Assembly (NCBI GenBank): GCA_044351455.1
Contig: JBILFS010000001.1
Coordinates: 1 to 32,533 of the forward strand
Direction of reading: 5' to 3'
From: Paludibacter sp.
GTDB taxonomy: Bacteria; Bacteroidota; Bacteroidia; Bacteroidales; Paludibacteraceae
DNA: 32,533 nt
Part shown: positions 9,017 to 18,994 of the stretch, in pieces
Layout: every line of letters starts with the position of its first letter
How positions within the stretch are numbered: the first letter of the stretch is position 1
Program-made: the position numbers and the translations under genes
Notes under the pieces: model-generated
The model's database searches: none
The model's input: only the letters and a program-made list of their open reading frames with translations
Told to the model about the DNA's origin: nothing

Positions 9017-12000
9017 TTAAAGTTTGCAACTAATACTTACACCTATACTTCGTGCTGAAGGAATCTGACCAAACTCAAGTCCTTGTACATTTGTATTACT
9101 AAATGCACTTTCGGGATCAATATGAGGAACTTTGGCATAAAGTAATGCAAGATTACGTCCGATTAACGAAATATTCAAATCTTTAATTGGTGTTTTTCCA
9201 ATTTTATTGAAAGTATAACCAATTTTCAATTCTCTGAGTTTTACAAAACTTGCATCATAAACACTTGAAGCTGCGACATCACTAACATAAGCAGCTTTAT
9301 TGAAGTTTTCAGCTTCAGCAACAACATCATTAGTCACATAAGAAACATTACCCTGAGCATCGACTACTTCTTTAACACCAACGCCAACGATACCGCCTTC
9401 ACGACCAATCAATGTTTCTTCGAGCACACCAGCATAGCGACCCCATGTTGAAGTCATAGAATACATTTCACCACCCATACGAGCATCAATAAGGAAACTC
9501 ATACTAAGATCTTTATAAGTGAATTCGTTATTGATACCACCAATCCAATCAGGAGTATAATTACCTAACACTTTTAAATCACCCTGTGATGGTAAACCAT
9601 TTCTATAGATAATCTGTCCGTCAGGAGCTCTTTCAAAGTCATAACCGTAAAGAGAACCATATTTCTGACCAGGAATTGCCATCACTTTCATACTCCAGTA
9701 TGTTCCAAGTTCGTATTGTTCGATACCTTCAGCAAGTTCAACAACTTTATTAACGTTTTTAGACCAGTTAACAGTAACATCCCAGTTCAAACCATTCTTT
9801 GATTTAAGCAGTGTTGCACCTAACAATACTTCCACACCACTATTATCAATTCTACCCGCATTTGTAACTTTAGTTGTAAACCCGCTTGATGCAGAAATTG
9901 GAACAGAAATAATCTGGTTAGTTGCACTTGAATTATAATAAGTTAAATCAAGTCTGATTTTATTATCCATAAATCTGAAATCACCACCAAATTCAAGAGA
10001 GCTTACAAACTGAGGTTTCAAATCAGCATTTGGCAATTCATTAGGGATGAACTGGTTCAATAATTTAGTACTTGCATTCCAACCATCACCAAAGGATACT
10101 GTTGGGAATAACTTATAAGGATCGGTATCGGCACCTACTTTAGCATAACTAACACGTAATTTACCGAAAGAAAGCACTGAAGGATCAAACTCAGTGATTT
10201 CAGTAATTACCCCACTTAACTGTACTGATGGATAGAAAAATGAATTATTTCCTGCAGGCAACGTACTTGACCAGTCATTTCTACCAGAGAAATCAAAGAA
10301 GAGCATTGACTTATATCCAACAGAGCCTGAAAAATACAAACTGTTAATTCTTTTTCTCCAGAGGAAATTATCAGCAACCTGTGGTACCAAAGAGTTTTTT
10401 ACATTATAAACACCTTCAACAGCCAACTCAGGAGCTTCAACAAAGTTATAAGTTCTGGAATAATCCATAGCATTACCACCGACACTTACGTTAACCTCAT
10501 AATCATCATATTTCTTAACTGCGGTTAGCAGGAAGTCAGTATTAGATTCTCTGTACAGGTCAACTTCTTCCATATAATAACCGTTAGGAAACTCCTGCAT
10601 GTTCATTGCACGGCGTGAAGTATTGAAATTTGAATAATAGTCGATACCAGTTCTGACAAAAGCGCTTAACCAGGAAGTAAACTGATATTTTGCCATTACA
10701 TTTCCGTAAAATCTGTCACGTTTGTTAGTGTTCAGATTTTCATATAATGTTGAATAAGGGTTATTATGATAGTTTGTGTTCCAGTTATACCATGAACCAT
10801 CAGCATTCTTATAATTTTTAAGTTCACTCAGATCAACCTGGCGACCAAACCAGTTAAACTGTTGCATTACGTTATCAGGATCGTAACCATAACCAGGCAT
10901 ATTGGGGCTATTGGTATGAACATATGAACCTGAAGCAGAGAAACTTAACTCTTTGGACAACTGAGAACTACCATTAAAACTGAAGATATTTTTCTCGATT
11001 TTTGTATTTTCTAACATACCTGTTTGCGATAAGTTAGTGAGCGAGGTCCTGAAAACAGTTTTATCAGTACTTCCCTGTAAAGCAACAGATGAAGTATTGG
11101 TAGTACCTGTAACAAAGAAATTTTTCACATTATCAGGATGCGATACCCATGGAGTTGCAGTACGAACACCATTTACAACAGGAGAATTAAACTGTGGGAT
11201 ATTAAGACCCACATCAAGTTTCGGACCCCAGCTTTCATCAGTACCATCATTAACACCATGACCGGCACCATCCACATACTCAAATAAACCTCCTGAACCC
11301 TGACCATAAGAATTTTGGAAATCAGGTAATCTGAATGGATTTTCAAATGTAGTAGAATGACTTAATTCAACACCAAGTCCTTTTTGGCCCTTTCCGGATT
11401 TTGTTGTAACAACAATTACCCCGTTAGAAGCTCTTGATCCATAAAGAGCAGCAGCATTCGGACCTTTTAAAACAGAAATTGATTCAATATTTTCAGGGTT
11501 GATATCCTGAACTCCACTACCACGGTTAACACCTTCAGTTGCAGTTCCACCAAAGTTCGAGTTCGCCATAGGAATACCGTCAACAACGAAAAGTGGTTGA
11601 TTATTACCATCCAGAGAGTTAACACCACGAAGAATGATTCTTGCAGAAGCACCAACAGCTCCGGAACTACTGGTAATCTGTGCACCTGAGATTTTACCCT
11701 GAAGCGAGTTTACGACATTCACTTCTTTAGCTTTAGAAATCTCATCACCTTTTACGTCCTGCACCGAATAACCGAGTGCTTTCTTTTCTCTACTGATACC
11801 AAGAGCAGTTACAACAACTTCATCAATCAAAAGCGCATCAGATTCCAGCCTTACGACTAAATTGTTTTTCGCTTCGACTTCCATTGTTTTCATACCCACA
11901 TAGGAAATCACTAATACTCCTGATGAAGGAACATTAATAACAAATTCTCCCTGACCGCCGGTAATTGTTCCGGTGGTGGTACCCTTAACTTTTACTGATG

Positions 12001-12124
12001 CTCCAATCACAGGAAATCCATCATCCGCGGAAATTACTTTCCCGGAAACTGACCTTGACTGAGCATTAAGGAATGTAAAGCTTACCATCAACAGGAAAGC
12101 TAAAAAGACCGTTAGTTTTCTCAT
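9017..12124 (-). CDS. susC: SusC/RagA family TonB-dependent outer membrane transporter
   Basis: VVVTALGISREKKALGYSVQ, NQPLFVVDG and DINPENIESISVLKGPNAAALYGSRASNGVIVVTTK. Confidence 0.96.
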   Translation of the reverse strand: MRKLTVFLAFLLMVSFTFLNAQSRSVSGKVISADDGFPVIGASVKVKGTTTGTITGGQGEFVINVPSSGVLVISYVGMKTMEVEAKNNLVVRLESDALLIDEVVVTALGISREKKALGYSVQDVKGDEISKAKEVNVVNSLQGKISGAQITSSSGAVGASARIILRGVNSLDGNNQPLFVVDGIPMANSNFGGTATEGVNRGSGVQDINPENIESISVLKGPNAAALYGSRASNGVIVVTTKSGKGQKGLGVELSHSTTFENPFRLPDFQNSYGQGSGGLFEYVDGAGHGVNDGTDESWGPKLDVGLNIPQFNSPVVNGVRTATPWVSHPDNVKNFFVTGTTNTSSVALQGSTDKTVFRTSLTNLSQTGMLENTKIEKNIFSFNGSSQLSKELSFSASGSYVHTNSPNMPGYGYDPDNVMQQFNWFGRQVDLSELKNYKNADGSWYNWNTNYHNNPYSTLYENLNTNKRDRFYGNVMAKYQFTSWLSAFVRTGIDYYSNFNTSRRAMNMQEFPNGYYMEEVDLYRESNTDFLLTAVKKYDDYEVNVSVGGNAMDYSRTYNFVEAPELAVEGVYNVKNSLVPQVADNFLWRKRINSLYFSGSVGYKSMLFFDFSGRNDWSSTLPAGNNSFFYPSVQLSGVITEITEFDPSVLSFGKLRVSYAKVGADTDPYKLFPTVSFGDGWNASTKLLNQFIPNELPNADLKPQFVSSLEFGGDFRFMDNKIRLDLTYYNSSATNQIISVPISASSGFTTKVTNAGRIDNSGVEVLLGATLLKSKNGLNWDVTVNWSKNVNKVVELAEGIEQYELGTYWSMKVMAIPGQKYGSLYGYDFERAPDGQIIYRNGLPSQGDLKVLGNYTPDWIGGINNEFTYKDLSMSFLIDARMGGEMYSMTSTWGRYAGVLEETLIGREGGIVGVGVKEVVDAQGNVSYVTNDVVAEAENFNKAAYVSDVAASSVYDASFVKLRELKIGYTFNKIGKTPIKDLNISLIGRNLALLYAKVPHIDPESAFSNTNVQGLEFGQIPSARSIGVSISCKL

Positions 12125-12186
12125 AAATTTACCGTTTTGTTTAATTTAACTTCAAGTTTGTTTTACAAATTGACTTTTCAAGACAG

Positions 12187-12217
12187 CAAATATAGAGAAT
12201 AGATATTTAATAAACAA
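12187..12217 (-). promoter_or_regulatory. Bacteroidetes sigma-A promoter for susC2 operon
   Basis: Minus-strand TATATTTG (12187-12194) with TTG 20 bp upstream (12215-12217). Confidence 0.65.
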
Positions 12218-12675
12218 TACCAAATCTTATCAAAATGAAAAATAAAAGGTATAAACAGTATTAAACTGACAAAAAGAGTGAACAAATCTTAATGAAAATA
12301 AGTGTCAGTTTAACAATATCATTTTCTGAGAACTAGTTGTATATCTGTTAGATATATCAATAATTTTTAACACTAAAACATCATTTATCTATATTTTTTC
12401 AGCAATTATGCATATTTAAAAAATTGCTTATCTTTTTTTTAAATATTTTCATCACGACTAAAAAAGAATGAGTTTTATGCATATTTATGACGTTTTATTA
12501 CCTTTTTAACTGTTTTATATGACAATTTGCAAGATATAAATCGAGTGTTTTACAAATTATTAATCATGCAAATGACATAAAAATCGGAAATTATTGCAAA
12601 AAATAACGATTTTCTAAGCCGAAAAATGCCCGGGATTACTATCAGAATATTCAGATAAAGGCTGCATTATAGTAG

Positions 12676-13128
12676 TTATTGATATTGCTTCAACAATTCT
12701 TCTGTTTTCTCCACTGCAAATTTTACGTATTCAGGGCAACGTTTCTTATACATGTTTTCTTTAGCGATAGCATCATCTCCTGATTCAGTATCCATACGGT
12801 AATTATCAAGCAGTTTTAAACATACAATGCTTCCGAATTCTGCCTCGAATTCCTCAATGAACTTTTTTGATATTGACAAAGTACGTTGTTTGTCCTCATC
12901 GGTACCATTTTCACCCTTTCCGTATTTCAAACCAAGGGCCATAAGGGCTCCGGTTACCGCTCCGCATGTCTCCTGACGTCGGGCAATACCTCCACCAAAA
13001 GGTCCGGCTAACCTCAAACCTAAATCTTTATTAATGCCGAAATCAGGCGCAAAAACACAAAAAACAGATTGAGAACAATTATAACTATTGCCAAAAGTGG
13101 CAAGAGCAAGGGAGGATTTGTTGTTCAT
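12676..13128 (-). CDS. C_GCAxxG_C_C family putative redox protein
   Basis: YNCSQSV, GGG...TCGAVTG, IVC and RC cysteine pattern. Confidence 0.9.
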   Translation of the reverse strand: MNNKSSLALATFGNSYNCSQSVFCVFAPDFGINKDLGLRLAGPFGGGIARRQETCGAVTGALMALGLKYGKGENGTDEDKQRTLSISKKFIEEFEAEFGSIVCLKLLDNYRMDTESGDDAIAKENMYKKRCPEYVKFAVEKTEELLKQYQ

Positions 13129-13147
13129 ATTCTTAATAATTATTGTA

Positions 13148-13155
13148 CAAATATA
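13148..13155 (-). promoter_or_regulatory. -7 element (TATATTTG) for the C_GCAxxG_C_C gene
   Basis: TAnnTTTG 19 bp upstream of the ATG. Confidence 0.55.
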
Positions 13156-13187
13156 GGTGTTTATTGTTAATGATAAATATCGGAATT

Positions 13188-13222
13188 AAAAAAGGACCCC
13201 CTGAGATTCAGAGTAGTCCTTT
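13188..13222 (-). terminator. Rho-independent terminator of the CoA-transferase gene
   Basis: Minus-strand AAAGGACTACTCTGA-ATC-TCAGGGGGTCC-TTTTTT hairpin with G-U pairs and a U tract. Confidence 0.75.
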
Positions 13223-13259
13223 CAATTTTTAAAGTTTTCTGCTTAAATGGCAATCAGGA

Positions 13260-14756
13260 TTATCTGTAATCCTCCCAATTCACGTTCATCATATCGCCGG
13301 TTTTCTCGAAAGCAATGTGCATTCCAAAACATGCGCGCAATGTTTGCGGGGTATGTGAAGGACCAGAAAGTGCAAGATAATCTCTTAACAACTGACGATA
13401 AGCAGGATCAACACAATTTTCAATGATGGCATCCGCTCTATCCACAGGACATTTTCCTCTTAAATCTGCCACACCATGCTCAGTAATAATAACATTCACA
13501 GAATGCTCATTTTGGTCGACATGTGAAACCATCGGAACGATTGCAGAAATTTTTCCTCCTTTAGCTGTTGAAGGAGTTGTGAAAATTGAAATATAAGCAC
13601 TGCGGGTAAAGTCAGCAGAGCCACCAATACCGTTCATCATTTTGGCACCCAAAACGTGTGTACTGTTTACATTCCCAAAAATATCGGCTTCCAGGGCAGT
13701 ATTGATCGTGATCAAACCCAAACGACGGGCAAGTTCCGGACTGTTTGACATTTCCTGCGGACGTAAAACCAGTTTACTTCTGAATTCCTCAATATTGGCA
13801 TATACTTCCTGAAGTACCGGTGTAGTGATAGTCAGCGAACAACCACTTGCAAAAGTAACCTTCCCTTTTTTTATCAAATCGATAACAGAATCCTGAATAA
13901 CCTCAGTATACATTTGGAAAGGAGGAATTTCATCATTTGTACCTAAAGAAGCCATAACAGCATTGGCGATATTACCCACACCCGATTGAATTGGCAGGAA
14001 CTCAGCAGGAATTTTACCATCTCTCAATTCTGCTGCAAGGAAATTGGCTACATTATGACCAATTCTATCAGTCACATCATCAGTAGGTGTAAAGCCTCCA
14101 ACCTCATCATCGAGATATGTTTCCACAACACCCACGATTTTGTCCGGATCAACCTTGATGTAAGGAGTACCCATGCGATCTGAAGGAGTCATCAATGTTA
14201 ATGGTAATCTGTGAGGAGGATCCTTTGGTTCAAAAATATCATGAAAACCCCGGAGTGCTTTGGGATGTTTTGTATTTAATTCAATAATAACAATATCAGC
14301 TAAACCACAAATCGTAGGTGAAATACCTACTGAAGAAGTCAGAATAATTTCACCATCATCAGTAACTTCAGAAGCCTCGATAATCGCAATTCTCGGTCTG
14401 GGCATAAAACCAAAACGCAAATGAGGTGCTAATGAAGACAAGTGCATATCAAAGTAAGGGGCACGGTCTTTATTCAATGCATCCCTTAAGTCTCTGTTGG
14501 ATTGATATGGTGTACGAAACAAAACAGCATTAGCCCTTGCAAGTTCTCCATCAAGAGAATCACCGGTTGATGCACCGGTATAAACTCCAATCTTAAATTC
14601 TTTACCTTCCGCATGTAATGCTTCAGCTTTTCTGGCTATTGCTTTCGGAATTTCCTTTGGACATCCCGCAGGTGTAAAACCACTAAATCCAACGGCATCG
14701 CCATTGTTCACGTAAGCTGCTGCTTCATCAGCAGAAATAATTTTATACTTTGACAT
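13260..14756 (-). CDS. Acetyl-CoA hydrolase/transferase family, succinate CoA-transferase (ScpC/AarC-like)
   Basis: GFSGFTPAG, LPIQSGVGNIANAV, YTEVIQD, NGIGGSADFTR and ITEHGVADLRG. The ATG at 14756 (MSKYK) is preferred. Confidence 0.92.
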   Translation of the reverse strand: MSKYKIISADEAAAYVNNGDAVGFSGFTPAGCPKEIPKAIARKAEALHAEGKEFKIGVYTGASTGDSLDGELARANAVLFRTPYQSNRDLRDALNKDRAPYFDMHLSSLAPHLRFGFMPRPRIAIIEASEVTDDGEIILTSSVGISPTICGLADIVIIELNTKHPKALRGFHDIFEPKDPPHRLPLTLMTPSDRMGTPYIKVDPDKIVGVVETYLDDEVGGFTPTDDVTDRIGHNVANFLAAELRDGKIPAEFLPIQSGVGNIANAVMASLGTNDEIPPFQMYTEVIQDSVIDLIKKGKVTFASGCSLTITTPVLQEVYANIEEFRSKLVLRPQEMSNSPELARRLGLITINTALEADIFGNVNSTHVLGAKMMNGIGGSADFTRSAYISIFTTPSTAKGGKISAIVPMVSHVDQNEHSVNVIITEHGVADLRGKCPVDRADAIIENCVDPAYRQLLRDYLALSGPSHTPQTLRACFGMHIAFEKTGDMMNVNWEDYR

Positions 14757-14838
14757 ATTTAATAAATTGTTGTTAGATGGAAAATATCTGATTTTCAAAT
14801 AGATAACACAATAACACGCTAATGCCTGAAAACCGGCA

Positions 14839-14846
14839 CAAAATTA
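14839..14846 (-). promoter_or_regulatory. -7 element (TAATTTTG) for the CoA-transferase gene
   Basis: TAnnTTTG match in the divergent intergenic region. Confidence 0.5.
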
Positions 14847-14998
14847 TTAAATTTTTTTCAATTATGGAAAAATTTCTTTAATAAATTTGATAAGAATTTT
14901 AAATTAAATTTTATAGCAATTTTCAGCGAATAAATAGTAAGTTAACATCAAAAATTAAAAAAAAATACCCATATTTGCACTTATTAAAATTTAAGAAT

Positions 14999-16456
14999 AT
15001 GTCAGCAATAAAATCATTGAATCCTCAGGGATTATGGACTAATTTTTATGCACTAACTCAGATTCCAAGGCCGTCAGGCAAAAAAAAGGAAATTGGGGAT
15101 TATCTGGAAAGTTTTGGAAAGCAACTTAATCTGGAAACATTAAGAGATGAAATTGGCAACGTATTGATAAGAAAACCAGCCACACCAGGCCAGGAAGGTC
15201 GCAAAGCCGTTATTCTTCAGGCTCATATGGATATGGTTCCGCAGAAAAACAGTGACAAAAACCACAATTTTGAGTCGGACCCAATCGAGACAATTATCGA
15301 TGGTGATTGGGTAAAAGCAAACGGAACTACTTTGGGTGCAGATAATGGAATCGGACTGGCTGCAGCGCTATCAATTCTCGAATCAAACGACATCACACAT
15401 CCCGATCTGGAAGTTTTTGTTACTGTTGATGAAGAAACCGGCATGCATGGTGCATTCGGACTTCAACCAAATTTCCTGAAAGGTGAAATTCTGATCAACA
15501 TGGACTCAGAAGATGAGGGTGAACTTTATGTGGGATGTGCAGGCGGTTTAGATGCCATCGCAGAATTTAATTATCAGGAAGTTGAAATTCCTGAAGGTGA
15601 TATTGCATTAAAAATCTCACTTACAGGATTAAAAGGCGGACATTCAGGTGTTGACATTCATCTGCAAAGAGCCAATGCAAACAAACTGATGTTCAGACTA
15701 TTAAAACAAGCAGTTATGGATTGCGAAGCCCGTTTGGCCTCCATCAATGGCGGTAGTCTCAGAAATGCCATTCCAAGAGAAGCTTTTGCAGTGATTACTA
15801 TTCCTCAGGATGCTTTGGATGATATGCTTGAATTGGTGGCTGAGTTTGATGTTTTGTACAATACTGAATTTAAAAACATTGAAAATAAAATAATTTTAAG
15901 TGCTGAACAGGTTGATTTACCGGCAGGACTTATTCCTGAAGAAGTTCAGGATGATTTGATAAACAGTGTTATCGCTGCACATGATGGCGTATACAGGGTT
16001 ATTCCGGAATTACCATCGGTAGTTGAAACATCGGGAAATCTTGCCATAATTAAATCCGATGGCAGCAAAATTACCTGCATCAGTTTACTCAGAAGTTCTG
16101 TAGAATCATTCAAAAACGAACTGGGATCTATGTTCAGCAGTTTATTTTCCATGGCAGGAGCCAAGGTTACATTAACAGGCAGCTACCCTGGTTGGAAACC
16201 AAATCTGGAATCTCCCATACTGAACACAATGAAGCAATTGTATCAGGATAATTACGGAAAAGTGCCCAAAATTCTCATCATTCATGCAGGATTGGAGTGC
16301 GGCATCCTGGGAACACATTATCCTGAAATGGATATGATTTCTTTTGGTCCTACCATCAGATTTCCGCATTCACCTGATGAAAAAGTTCACATTGATTCCG
16401 TTCTGAAATTCTGGGATTATTTACTGATTACGTTGAAAAATATACCTTCAAAATAA
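14999..16456 (+). CDS. pepD: Aminoacyl-histidine dipeptidase (peptidase M20)
   Basis: LQAHMDMV, TTLGADNGIG, DEETGM, GGHSG, IHAGLECG and HSPDE. The ATG at 14999 is preferred. Confidence 0.95.
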   Translation: MSAIKSLNPQGLWTNFYALTQIPRPSGKKKEIGDYLESFGKQLNLETLRDEIGNVLIRKPATPGQEGRKAVILQAHMDMVPQKNSDKNHNFESDPIETIIDGDWVKANGTTLGADNGIGLAAALSILESNDITHPDLEVFVTVDEETGMHGAFGLQPNFLKGEILINMDSEDEGELYVGCAGGLDAIAEFNYQEVEIPEGDIALKISLTGLKGGHSGVDIHLQRANANKLMFRLLKQAVMDCEARLASINGGSLRNAIPREAFAVITIPQDALDDMLELVAEFDVLYNTEFKNIENKIILSAEQVDLPAGLIPEEVQDDLINSVIAAHDGVYRVIPELPSVVETSGNLAIIKSDGSKITCISLLRSSVESFKNELGSMFSSLFSMAGAKVTLTGSYPGWKPNLESPILNTMKQLYQDNYGKVPKILIIHAGLECGILGTHYPEMDMISFGPTIRFPHSPDEKVHIDSVLKFWDYLLITLKNIPSK

Positions 16457-16486
16457 CAAATTAATTTTCGAAATCAACAGTATTGA

Positions 16487-18994
16487 ATGATTCAAACAGC
16501 TCATCCGGAGAACGATACCACCAGTGTTATACAGTTTTCCACCATTGCAGGAGAACTCAACGAAATTAATGCTTCCAACATTGATTATGAGCACATTTGT
16601 AATCAAATGAAAGAAATTTCGGGTAGCATGTTTGTTATCCTGAATAAATTCGACTCCGATGGTAGGAATTTTAAAACTGTTGGCATTTCAACCTTAAGTA
16701 AGGGATTTGAAAAAGCTTTGTCCATTCTGGGTTTTAACATCATCGACAAACATTGGGATTACGACCCGGAAAGAGAAAAAAAAATCAGCAAATCCAAGGT
16801 GACATTTTTTAACAGTCTGGGAGAACTGACAGACAGTAAGGTTTCGGGAGATATCATTGGGAATCTCACCCAGCTGGTAGGTGTTGAGAAAGTTGCCATT
16901 GTAAGAATCACGAGAAAAGACTCAACATTGGGAGATTTTACCCTGATTTTCAAGAGAGAACAGATTCTGAGAAACATCCTGTTAACAGAATATTATGCTG
17001 ATATGGTAGGCATGTTGTTGCACAGAATTCAGATTGAAAAAGAACTGATAAGGGCTAAAGAGGTGGCAGAATCGGCCAATGTTGCCAAAACTGATTTTCT
17101 GTCCAACATGAGTCATGAAATAAGAACCCCGCTGAATGGTGTCATAGGTTTTACTGATTTACTCAGAAACACAAAATTAGACGCCACACAAAAGGAATAC
17201 CTCGACAATGCTATCTCATCAGCCAACTCTTTACTCTCTGTTATCAGTGATGTGCTGGATTTTTCGAAAATTGAAGCAGGCAAACTGGAACTTGAATTGA
17301 TAAAAACCGACATAATTAAAGTTATTGAAAGTGCTGCCGACATTATAAAAATACATGCTGCAAAAAAGGGACTGGAGTTATTGTTAAATATTCAACCCGA
17401 TATTCCGAAATTTGCAGTGATAGATCCTATCCGACTCAAACAAATTCTTGTAAATCTGCTTAGTAATGCTATCAAATTTACGGATAAAGGTGAGGTCGAA
17501 TTAAAACTTGAGTTTGAACCCAGGGATGAAGAAAGAGGTTTTTTCAGCTTTTCTGTGAGAGACACAGGAATTGGTATCAGGGAAAGTGATAAGGTCAAGT
17601 TATTTAAAGCATTTTCACAAGCCGACACTTCCACAACCAGAAGGTATGGTGGTACAGGTTTAGGACTAATTATCTCCAACTCCCTGGCTGAAAAAATGGG
17701 CAGTTCCATAGAGTTTTTCAGTGAATACGGCGGCGGAACGACCTTCTATTTTACTGTAGCTTCTGAATACGAACGCATTGAAGATGTAGACATCAAAAAG
17801 CTTGAGAAAATCAGAAAAGTATTGATTATTGACGACAATGCTAACAACCGAATGATTCTGGAACATACAATGAATCATTGGGGTATAAAGACCATTGGTA
17901 CTGAAGATGGTGTTGAGGCAGTGATGATGCTCGAGGAGGATGACACTTTTGATTTGATCATCGTTGATTATCACATGCCCTATATTGATGGCATTGAAAC
18001 CATTAAGCTTATCAGAAGTAAAACCAGGTTCAGTAGCGAATTAATGCCGGTCATCCTTTTACATAGTTCTTCGGATGATGCAACAATACATGATGCGGCA
18101 GAGGCTTTAGACATCAGGTTTTTACTAACAAAACCAGTAAAAGCGGATGAATTATATCACTACCTTCTAAATGTTTACGAAGCCAGATATCACCAAACTG
18201 AAATAATTCCGAAAAATAATGTTATGCAATTGCCAATCAATGCATTCGAGCAAAAATTTAATATTCTTGTAACCGAAGATATCAAAATGAACATGCTGGT
18301 TATTGGGAATATGTTGAAACTTATTTTACCCAATGCAAAAATATATGAAGCTGAAAACGGATTAGAGGCTGTTGATTTCGTTAGTAATCAAATTCCGGAC
18401 ATCATTTTCATGGATGTTCAGATGCCGGTTATGGACGGCCTTGAAGCCACTACAAAAATCAGGGAATTAACCCGTGGAACTTCTATCCATGTACCGGTTA
18501 TTGCTTTAACAGCAGGGATATCCAAAGAAGAAAGAGAAAATTGTTTCAAGTCGGGCATGGATGATTTTCTGGCAAAACCTGTTGACAAAAAAGCACTTTA
18601 CGATATCTTATCAAAATATGCTCAGGAAATACTGGATAAAAAGAAATCAATACTGCCGGATTTAGCACCGGAAGATGTAATTCATTTCAACAGAAAAGTG
18701 TTGTTTGAAAAGATAGAAGATGAAGATTTACTTCGGACTTTGTTGAAAATGGCATCAGAAGAATATCCTAAATACATCAATGAAATTGAAAAAGCACTGG
18801 ATATGAACGACTTGGCTGATGTGAAATCAAACGCACATACACTGAAAGGCAGTGCTTTCAATATGGAATTCTTACATTTGGGTGAACTCGCCCGCGAGAT
18901 TGAGAAAAATCTCGATAATGAGAAAGTAATCAAAGCCATTCTGCTGAAAATTAAGCAGGAATGGGAACTTATCAAAGAAAAATATATTCGATGA
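16487..18994 (+). CDS. Cytoplasmic hybrid sensor histidine kinase (sensor-HisKA-HATPase-REC-REC-Hpt)
   Basis: H-box MSHEIRTPLNG, N-box NLLSNAIKFT, G-boxes DTGIGI and GGTGLGL, two receivers (VDYHMP and MDVQMP), and Hpt AHTLKGSA. Confidence 0.93.
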   Translation: MIQTAHPENDTTSVIQFSTIAGELNEINASNIDYEHICNQMKEISGSMFVILNKFDSDGRNFKTVGISTLSKGFEKALSILGFNIIDKHWDYDPEREKKISKSKVTFFNSLGELTDSKVSGDIIGNLTQLVGVEKVAIVRITRKDSTLGDFTLIFKREQILRNILLTEYYADMVGMLLHRIQIEKELIRAKEVAESANVAKTDFLSNMSHEIRTPLNGVIGFTDLLRNTKLDATQKEYLDNAISSANSLLSVISDVLDFSKIEAGKLELELIKTDIIKVIESAADIIKIHAAKKGLELLLNIQPDIPKFAVIDPIRLKQILVNLLSNAIKFTDKGEVELKLEFEPRDEERGFFSFSVRDTGIGIRESDKVKLFKAFSQADTSTTRRYGGTGLGLIISNSLAEKMGSSIEFFSEYGGGTTFYFTVASEYERIEDVDIKKLEKIRKVLIIDDNANNRMILEHTMNHWGIKTIGTEDGVEAVMMLEEDDTFDLIIVDYHMPYIDGIETIKLIRSKTRFSSELMPVILLHSSSDDATIHDAAEALDIRFLLTKPVKADELYHYLLNVYEARYHQTEIIPKNNVMQLPINAFEQKFNILVTEDIKMNMLVIGNMLKLILPNAKIYEAENGLEAVDFVSNQIPDIIFMDVQMPVMDGLEATTKIRELTRGTSIHVPVIALTAGISKEERENCFKSGMDDFLAKPVDKKALYDILSKYAQEILDKKKSILPDLAPEDVIHFNRKVLFEKIEDEDLLRTLLKMASEEYPKYINEIEKALDMNDLADVKSNAHTLKGSAFNMEFLHLGELAREIEKNLDNEKVIKAILLKIKQEWELIKEKYIR

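Noticed and set aside
9333-9342. GTCACATAAG inside susC2 as a third element copy
   Set aside because: A single unit in coding sequence, with no AACC tip and no partner arm.
14833-14848. CCGGCACAAAATTATT as a sigma-54 promoter
   Set aside because: It has a GGCAC -24-like part but lacks the -12 TTGC.
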